Part shown: positions 11,396 through 20,000 of the stretch, piece after piece
Layout of the letters: every line of letters starts with the position of its first letter
Position numbering within the stretch: the stretch's first letter is position 1
Assembly (NCBI GenBank): GCA_050613775.1
Contig: JBODTK010000142.1
Coordinates: forward strand, 417,264-437,263
Direction of reading: 5' to 3'
Source of the DNA: Neocallimastix sp. 'constans'
Taxonomy: Eukaryota
DNA: 20,000 nt
Notes under the pieces: generated by a model
What the model was told of the DNA's origin: nothing
Database searches by the model: none
The model's input: only the letters and a program-made list of their open reading frames with translations
Made by a program: the position numbers and the translations under genes

Positions 11396-13818
11396 AAAAA
11401 AGAATTATAAAAAGAATATTTATTATTTATTTAATTATTATTTATTAATTATTAAAAAATAAGCCACATACAAAAATACGCCACATATATTAAATAAAAA
11501 TATTCAAGTAATAAGGATTAGATTATGTAATAAATAAATTATAAAATATCTTATATATGTATAAAAGACAAAAATATATCAGGAATTAATAATTATTTGA
11601 AAAAAAAAAAAAAATAATTTTTTGATTTTAAATCTTTTCTAATCTTTATTGTTATAATATTATTATAATTTTTATTATATTATATTATTATTACTATTTA
11701 ATTATTATTATTATTATTATAACTATTAATACTACTATTATAATAATTATTATTATCATTAATAAAAGTACTATCTTTTCATTGTTGTTATTAATATATA
11801 CAATATTTTTATTTTATTAAAAACAATTTTAATTTTTTATCATTAATCATTAATACCATAAATACAGTCTTAATATTATCATTAAAGATACAATTTGACT
11901 ATTATTAGTATATGATTCTTATTTAAGAATTAAAATTATTTCGAAATTCGTAATATTTCTATACAATATTACATGAAATATATTTTAAACTACTTATTTT
12001 AATATTTAATGCTTTTCTTTTCCGAGAATATATAAAAGAATAAGAAAATTTATGTCATATAAAATATATTTTATACTGCTTTTTTTATAAACAATTAATA
12101 TTTTATGTTTTTCTTTTCCGATATAAAAGAATATAAGAATATTTTTTAAATTACAAATTATCGAATGAATAAAAAAAAAATAAAAAATTATTAAATAAAA
12201 TATTATATCAAAAATAATTTAAATTATAATTATATATATATTTTTTATAAATTCGATCAATAATATAAAAACTGAATATTATAATATTTCTATAATATTT
12301 TTTATATATTTAATATTATTTAATATTAACTAAATGAAGTAGCAGAGTTTTATAAATTTAATAAAAAAATTCAAAAATGTACTCACAAAATATTTTAAAT
12401 TTGTCAATTACTTATTCAAAATTAATTCAAAGAATTAATTAATGAATAAATTTTTACTCATTTTATATTGTAACTTTTTTTTTTTTTTTTTTTTTACTTT
12501 AAATGAAACACATATTTTATACCATATTTTATTAAACTTGTTAATTATAATTAATAATTGTTTATATTTAATATTTAATTTTATTAAATAAATTAGTATT
12601 TTTTAATATCAATAAAAAATTTTTAATATTAACTAGGTTATTTATATTACTTCTTCATATATTACACTAAAATATAATATATAATATTATATTATAAATT
12701 ATAAATTATATATTGGTTCAATTTATTATCTTTCATATTTATTATATATATGGAATATTAATATATAAATAAATATAATTAATAATGGTTTATATTTATA
12801 AATTTAATATATATGTATAATAATATATTCAATATATTTCAATATATTTTAAAATTAATATATTAAATAAAACATTAATAATTATAATAAAAAAAAAAAA
12901 AAAAAAAGAGAAAGTAAAAAAATAAAAAATAAAGAAATTATAAAAAATAAATATCCAATTTAATAATATATTTTTTACTTTATCTTTTTCATTCATTTTT
13001 ATTTTTGTTTTTATTTTCATTTTTATTTTATTTTATATTATAAAAAATTATTTTTATAAAATATAATAATTATTATTCAATATATTTATGGTATAATTAT
13101 AATGTTTATATCCTTTTAAATTCTTTAGAACTCATTTATTTTTATAAAAGATATATACTACTTGACAAACAAAAATTATCGATTTTGAAACTACTAAATA
13201 TATTTAAATAATACTTTTAAAGTAGTTTTTTTAATTTATTCAGTTTTTTAAAAATTCATTAAAGGTTTTTAATAATTTTATTATATATATATATATATTT
13301 TTTTTTTTTAAAAAAAAGATAAATAGTATTTATATGTATATTTGAAAAAATATTTATATATTTATTAATAAAAAAAATTTCACAACTATAGAATTAATTA
13401 AGGTAATATTATATTTTTTGTAAATTATTAATAAAAGTTTAATACTCAATATATAAAGAATGTTTATTACAGTTTAATAAATAAATGTAAATTAATATAA
13501 AGTATATTTGTTATGTTTTAAAACAAACAAAAAAAAACAAAAATTGTAATTATAAAAAAAAGTAAAAGAAAAAACAATAGTAATTAGTTTAAAAAAAATA
13601 TATATATATAGAAATAAAAAAATACCAATTAAAATAATTTTGTATTATATATTAAAAATTATTTTTTAAAAAATAGTTTATTATTAAATATATATCGTAA
13701 AATTTTCATTTAAATAGTTCTTAATAATAATAATATATATATATTTTTTTAGAAGAAATAATTCTTTTCAATATTAAAAATAAAATAAACTAAAATATAT
13801 AAATAAGGAAAAATATTA

Positions 13819-14203
13819 GGAATGTAAAACATGTCTTTTATTATTATTATTATGTTATTATCAAGTATAATGTATTATTTTAAAATAAATCAAAATAAAA
13901 ATAAAGAAATTTCTGAAATTTATTTATTAAGTAGTAATAATATAAATAGTAAATTATGTTCATGAAATATTATCGTATTTTAAATAATAGTATCTAAATA
14001 AGTATGGAATATAAAACATGTCTTTTATTATTATTATTATGCTATTATCAAGTATAATATATTATTTTAAAATAAATCAAAATAAAAATAAAGAAATTGC
14101 TTGAATATATTTATTAAGTAGTAATAATATAAAAAGTAAATAATGTTTATGAAATATTATTATATTTTAAATAATAATAACATCTAAATAAATATGGAAT
14201 ATT
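13819..14203. repeat. Tandem duplication of about 187-190 bp upstream of the CTI6-like gene
   Basis: Unit 'ggaat(g/a)taaaacatgtcttttattattattattatg(t/c)tattatcaagtataat...tctaaataa(g/a)tat' starts at 13819 and 14006. A third 'ggaatat' begins at 14196. Confidence 0.92.
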
Positions 14204-14380
14204 AAAGTATTTTAAATAATAATAAAATTTGAATAAAAAAAGTTATAGATAAGATAAAGGATATCAAATATTTAATTTAGAACAATTTTTATAAAAATAT
14301 ATGATTTTAATAAATATCATAATATTGAATTTATTATTATTTGTTTAACATATATTATTAGTCAAAATATAAGGGTGAAA

Positions 14381-14384
<4 letters not shown>

Positions 14385-14421
<37 letters not shown>
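14385..14421 (+). promoter_or_regulatory. Poly(dT) tract (37 T) about 90 bp upstream of the CTI6-like ATG; possible nucleosome-excluding promoter element
   Basis: The run is seen directly, and a similar 35-T run (17787-17821) lies upstream of the thioredoxin gene. Function is inferred from yeast poly(dA:dT) promoter elements. Such runs are common throughout this window. Confidence 0.3.
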
Positions 14422-14422
<1 letters not shown>

Positions 14423-14508
14423 AAATTTAATACCATAATATAAAATAAGAAAGTACTTATATATTTTTTTATACATATTTATTAAAATGCAGAAAAAATA
14501 ATAATAAA

Positions 14509-17251
14509 ATGACCAATTTGTCTGATGATGAGGGAAATGCAATTACACAATGCATTTGTGGTAAAAATAGTCGTAAGTAAATAAAGTATTAATAAAAATG
14601 AAAAAAAAAAAATTATTATATTAAATATTCTAATATAATAAATATTATTATTTTTTTTTAAATTTTATAAAATATTTTAATTTATATTAAGCTCATTATG
14701 ATGGTTTAATGATTCAGTGTGAAGACTGTGGTGTTTGGCAGCATGGTGCCTGTGTAAATATTACCAAAAAGAATACACCAGAAAATTATTATTGTCAAAA
14801 ATGTCGTCCAGAATTTCATCCATATAATTCACATCTTTTAAAGTAAGTATTATTTTTTTTTTATTATATTAAACATAAATAAATAAAGTATAAGAAAAAA
14901 AATAATAAAGAATGAATTTTTAAAAAACAATAAAAGCAGTAATGAAATATAAAAAATAAATAATGAATAATCATAATAAAAAATTTTATTTATTTTTTTA
15001 AATAAATATTTTATTCAAATAGTTTATTACAAATAGAATTATATAAAATAAAATAAATAATTTTAAACGTGTTAAAAAAAATAAATTTAATAAAATTGAT
15101 ATAAGAAAGGAGAAAAAAAAAATTTAAATTTAGATATAAATAAAATGATTAAAAAGAAATATGTTTTAAAACTTAATATATAATAATATATAATATTAAT
15201 TTAAATATACTTAAACACATATTAATATATATTAATATATGTTATGTAGTAAAATTTAATAATATATATTAATATATAATACATTATGAATTATAATAAT
15301 ATATTATTAAATATTACATTTAATTCAATATGTACTACAATTATACAAATCAAATTTCATTTAAATATTAATTTATTTATTTATTATTTTTTTTTTTAAA
15401 AAAATTAAAAAATTGAAATTTATTTTGTTATTAAATAATATTAAATATCAGAATTTTTTTTTTATTATCTAAATATTAATAATAATATTAATAATGAATT
15501 ATTCATTAAAAATAAAAAGAACTAAACATAATTATTTATTATATATAATATTATTTTATATCTGTGAATTTAAATAAATATTGTTATAAATGCTTATTAT
15601 TATTTTTTTAGACATAAAAAATTGTCAACAATTCCAAATAGCCCACCAACCAAAAGTTTTTCACCAGTGACGTCATCTCCAAAGAAAAGAAATACAATGA
15701 ATAGTCTTGAAGCTTCTCAAAATTATAATGCATTATTAAATTTAAATGCTAATATTTCAAGTAGTGAAAGTGAACCTTCATCTACTACAAGTGGAAAAAG
15801 AAAAAGAAAAGCAACTCGTAATTTTTCACAAGATTTATCTTATTCTTCAAATAATTCAGATAGTTCAATTGAAAAACTAAAAAAAATTAGAAAGTCACAT
15901 TCACAAGTTGATTATGATAATAATGATAATGGATCAAAATTAAAGGAAAGTTCTTCAAAAAATTCTAAGAGACTTCATAAAACTTCACACAAAGTATATG
16001 ATGATGATTATGATGAAATAGATGATATTGATGATGTAGAAGATGATATAGATGATGATGATTATATTCCAAGAAATGATGGAAAGCCTTCAAGAAATTT
16101 GTTCAATAAAAAACATGAAAATAATTTATTTAAAAAGACAAAATTTGAAGAAGGATCTGATCATGGTAATAATGATAATATTTTTTATATTTGAAATTTT
16201 AATTTTCAAAAAAAAAAAAAAAAAAAAAAAGAATATTCTAAAATAAATAAATTTTCTAAAAAAAATTTAAATATTAAAGATAAAAATATATTTTAATATA
16301 TATATATTTATATGTAATAATAATAAATTATTATTATTATTAGGAAAAATCAAAATTAAAAAAGATGATGCAATATATGAAGATAAATCAACTAAAAAAA
16401 CTGATTTGAATAAACAGGAAGATTCAATTAGAATTAAAAAAGAAAGAAGGAGTTCAAAATTAAGTAATGGGCTAGGTTTAACTTATGATGATTTAAAAGA
16501 AGAATCAAATTCAGAAGATATTAAAAATATAAATGGAATAAATGAAAAGACATTAAAAAATAAAAAAAATTATGCTAGCGATTCAATTTCACATGCATTA
16601 AGGTCTTCTTCAGAATTAAGAGACGTAGAAAGTTCTGGTCATTCACCTAGTACAAATCGTAAATCGAGTCAAAGAAATAATAAGTTTAATAATGATTCAG
16701 AAGAATCAAAATCTGATATGTATAGTTCTTCATTATATCGAAATGAATATAATGATACAGATTCTACGAATAATCAAAACGCGAATTCATCCTCAAACAC
16801 AAATATCCATATTTCAACAAGACATTCAACACGTAATACACATAGAGTTAATTATCAACTTCATTCTGCTTCAAGTCATAATCATAATAATACCCATAAT
16901 AAAAATAATACAATTATTAAAGTTAAATATCCAAATCAAAAAGCATCTTTAAATGAAATGAGTAAACGTTCTAAACAGATATTAGAATATTTAAATCGTA
17001 CTAGGGCAGATGTGAAAGAATTATATAGAAAAAAGAGATTAAATTCAATTATACAGGCTGGTGGAAAAGTTGATATTAAGGAATATAGAAATGAAATTAA
17101 ATACACAGATGGTGAATTAATAACAGATAATGCTGATTCAATGACTTCATCACCTGGAAATGATATTAATGAAAATGAATTAACTTCATTAGAAATGCTT
17201 GAAAAACTGTGTATAAAAATAAACAAATTTCAACAAGATTACTATGAATAG
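14509..17251 (+). CDS. CTI6: PHD-finger protein, Cti6/Rxt1-like (Rpd3L histone deacetylase complex subunit), 558 aa, 4 exons
   Basis: Exons: 14509-14572, 14692-14842, 15612-16165, 16344-17251. Total 1677 nt, in frame. N-terminal C4HC3 PHD: TQCICG...DGLMIQCEDCGVWQHGACV...YYCQKCRP. The middle is a long S/N/D/K-rich low-complexity region with an NLS-like KRKRK. C-terminal KVKYPNQKASLNEMSKRSKQILEYLNRTR and TSLEMLEKLCIKINKFQQDY resemble the conserved Cti6 C-terminal helices. Confidence 0.8.
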
Positions 17252-17784
17252 ATTATAAATAAATATAAATAATTTAATTTATAATAAGATAATTTAAAAA
17301 AAAATATATATATATATATATCTTGACAAATTTTATGAATTATTTAAATTATAAATAAAATAAGAAATTATAAAATTTATTTATTTATTTATATATTATT
17401 TATATTAATTTTATAATTTATTTTATTTTCATTATTTATTCATTTATTCATTTTTTTTATTAATTTAATTTAATTTATTATTATTATTTTTTTATTTTTA
17501 TTTTTATTTTGTTTTGCTTTTTATTTGTTTTTTGTTGTATTATCTTTAATGAATATATCATATTTATTGTATGTATTTGATATTATTTCAATAATGCATA
17601 TCTTGTGTTTCTTTTAAATATGAAATATATTATTGTGAAATAAGAAAAAAATATAAATATTTGTTAATATATATATATGTATTATTGATTTTCGAATCAA
17701 CTTTAAAATTTTTGTAATTAATTTTAAAATCTAAATTTATTAATTGAACATATATTATAATTATAATCTATGAAATACATAAAT

Positions 17785-17821
<37 letters not shown>

Positions 17822-18171
17822 CTCCTCTATTCAGTAATAAAATAATATATTAATTATTGTTATAATACCCATAACTTATATATACATATATATATATTTT
17901 TTTATGAATTGAAAAATATTCGATTTTACATATGATTAGTTTTAAATAATCAACAAACTAATAAAAAATAGTTCAAAAACAAATACAAAAAATCATAAAA
18001 AACTATTTAAGAGCAATCAAATAACAAATATTAACCTTAATTAATAACATAAAAGAAATAGTAATAAACAATAGAATATAAAATTAAATTAAAAGAATTT
18101 GGAAATATAAAAAAAAAAAGAAAAAAATAAAACCTAAATAAAAAATTTAAATATACCAGTCTATTATTAAT

Positions 18172-19527
18172 ATGAAGTTGTACAATCATTTTAAATTTTT
18201 AATTACAATTACTATCATATTTTTTGTATTTTGTAATGCCGATTTAATTGATGAATCTGAATCATTTTGCTCTACAGATCCTGAAGGTTCATGTACAATA
18301 CCTTCAGGACACACTGTTGTAAATCCCTTTCAAGGTATTCAAAATCTTTTTTCAAAATTTTATTTAGGATATGCTGATAGAATAAGAAATATAACAAAAA
18401 TTAAAAATGAAAGAAGAGATGCAGAATTTGCGATTCAAGAAGGTTCAGGAATTGAAAAAATTACTAGTAATAATTATCAAAAATTAATAAATGGTACTTG
18501 GCTTGTACAGATTTATTCACCATGGTATTTATTAATATATATGCTATTATATTTGAAATAATTATTTTATATAATGTTGTTTAATATAATATTTATTTTT
18601 ATTATCTCAAAGGTGTCCATATTCTTTACATTTTCAAAGAACTTGGAGAGAAGTTGTTAAAGATGTAAAGCACAGAAGTAAACTTATATCAGATGGTGTA
18701 AAATCTTTCGAAGAAGAACAAAAAATTTTAAATGATGATAAAAGTAATAAAGAAAAAGAAGAAAACTATGAGGAATTAAAGATTAAAAAGAGAGATATTA
18801 TTAAAAATATGAAATTTGCCATAGTTGATGCAAATGAAAGTATTGATGTTGCGGCATTACTTGAAGTTAAGGGGTTTCCGACAATTAAAATGTATTATTA
18901 ATTTATTTCATTTTTATCAAATTTAAAACATAGATTATTTAATTATGATAAATTTTTTATATTATAATTTAGAAAATTAATTATATAATTATTATTATTA
19001 TTTTTTAAAATAAAAAAATTGTAATTATACTTTTTATTAATATTATTTATGAAGATTACATAAAGGAAATGTTGTAACATATACAAATTCTACAAGTTAT
19101 GAGAGATTAATTAAATTTACAATGGAAGATTGGATGAAAAAAGAATGGTATAATAGACTTCCAAAAACACCATCTAAATTATATCAATTACAGTTACAAT
19201 TTTCACTTTTTCTTTATAAAATTTTGGTATAATATTTAAATGATTATATAATTATATATATTAAATATTTATTATTATTATTCTAATTTCCCTCCACATA
19301 ATTATATAATATCTATATTTTATATAAATATGTATATTTTTTATATTATAATAACAAATAAGTATCACTTAGATATTAATATATTTGTTCCATTGAAATA
19401 TGTAACCTTTACAGTTTTTATTTATTTAGCCTACTCTATTAATATACTTGGAAAAATTAGATATGGATTAATACATGTTAGACAATATTTTAGTGCCTTT
19501 GTACCAGAGATTTTAGATATTGAATGA
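18172..19527 (+). CDS. Thioredoxin-related transmembrane protein (TMX/TXNDC15-like PDI family), CxxS active site, 322 aa, 4 exons
   Basis: Exons: 18172-18524, 18613-18891, 19055-19226, 19363-19527. Total 969 nt, in frame. Signal-peptide-like N-terminus (FLITITIIFFVFCNA). Thioredoxin fold elements: IEKITSNNYQKLINGTWLVQIYSPWCPYS, KFAIVDANES, cis-Pro loop EVKGFPTIK. Hydrophobic C-terminal segment VTFTVFIYLAYSINIL. Confidence 0.85.
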
Positions 19528-19589
19528 TTATATTTTTTTTTATTTCATTTTATTTTTTTTTCCTAAAGGAAAGTCAATCTTATATTGCA

Positions 19590-19620
<31 letters not shown>

Positions 19621-19639
19621 TTTAATCATGTAATAAATG

Positions 19640-20000
19640 AAGAAAATAAAAATAAAAATAAAAATAAAAATAAAAATAAAATAAAATAAAATAAAATAAA
19701 ATAAAAATAAAAATAAAATAAAATAAAATAAAATATAATAAAATAAAATAAAATAAAATAAAATAAAATAAAATAAAATAAAATAGTAGAATATGAATAT
19801 AAAGTACAGATTGAATAAAATAAAATAAAATAAAATAAAATAAAATAAAATAGTAAAATATGAATATAAAGTACAGATTGAATAAAATAAAATAAAATAA
19901 AATAAAATAGTAGAATATGAATATAAAGTACAGATTGAATAAAATAAAATAAAATAAAATAAAATAAAATAAAATAAATAGTAGAAATATGAATATAAAG
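19640..20000. repeat. (AAAAT)n satellite with an embedded 31-bp core repeated at least 4 times (compound minisatellite), running off the window end
   Basis: Core gta(g/a)aatatgaatataaagtacagattgaat starts at 19786, 19853, 19910 and 19981 (truncated). Cores are separated by about 7, 5 and 7-8 AAAAT units. Confidence 0.92.

Noticed and set aside
12829..13020. 63-aa minus-strand ORF
   Set aside because: Low-complexity AT sequence encoding mostly K/I/F/N; a chance ORF.
9441..14508. Hidden gene, tRNA or transposase in the 5-kb intergenic region
   Set aside because: I saw no sustained GC-richer exon-like patch, cloverleaf or transposase motif by eye on either strand. A very short exon or ncRNA cannot be excluded without RNA-seq or an Rfam search.
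16052..17226. ORFs 16052-16246 (+), 16692-16952 (+) and 16936-17226 (-)
   Set aside because: They are alternate-frame or antisense overlaps of the CTI6-like exons 3 and 4.
146..19527. The four genes as a functional cluster (TORC1 signalling, mRNA decay, histone deacetylation, ER redox)
   Set aside because: They are unrelated housekeeping families separated by 0.9-5 kb spacers, and I saw no shared motif. Only conserved synteny or co-expression data could support a link.
19786..20000. CRISPR-like pattern of about 31-bp repeats at 57-71 nt spacing
   Set aside because: The spacers are pure AAAAT microsatellite rather than unique sequence, there are no cas genes, and the context is eukaryotic.

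Overview
Extremely AT-rich eukaryotic genomic DNA with long poly-A/T runs, microsatellites and many short GT-AG introns. The style resembles anaerobic gut fungi (Neocallimastigomycota); this is an inference from composition, intron style and fungal-type proteins. Manual splicing gives four complete multi-exon genes whose exon phases all close in frame: (1) a 202-aa FYVE protein with a Pib2-type C-terminal tail (minus, 146-1419, 5 exons); (2) the mRNA decapping activator Pat1 with a large polyQ region (minus, 4854-9440, 13 exons, 890 aa); (3) a PHD-finger Cti6/Rxt1-like Rpd3L subunit (plus, 14509-17251, 4 exons, 558 aa); (4) a signal-peptide, membrane-anchored thioredoxin-fold protein with a WCPYS (CxxS) site and a charged insertion (plus, 18172-19527, 4 exons, 322 aa). 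Intergenic DNA carries several local tandem duplications and a compound (AAAAT)n minisatellite at the right end. I found no tRNA, rRNA, CRISPR array or transposase, and no convincing multi-gene novel system. The best leads are the miniature Pib2-like protein, the atypical thioredoxin, the Pat1 FDF micro-exon and the degenerate splice signals.
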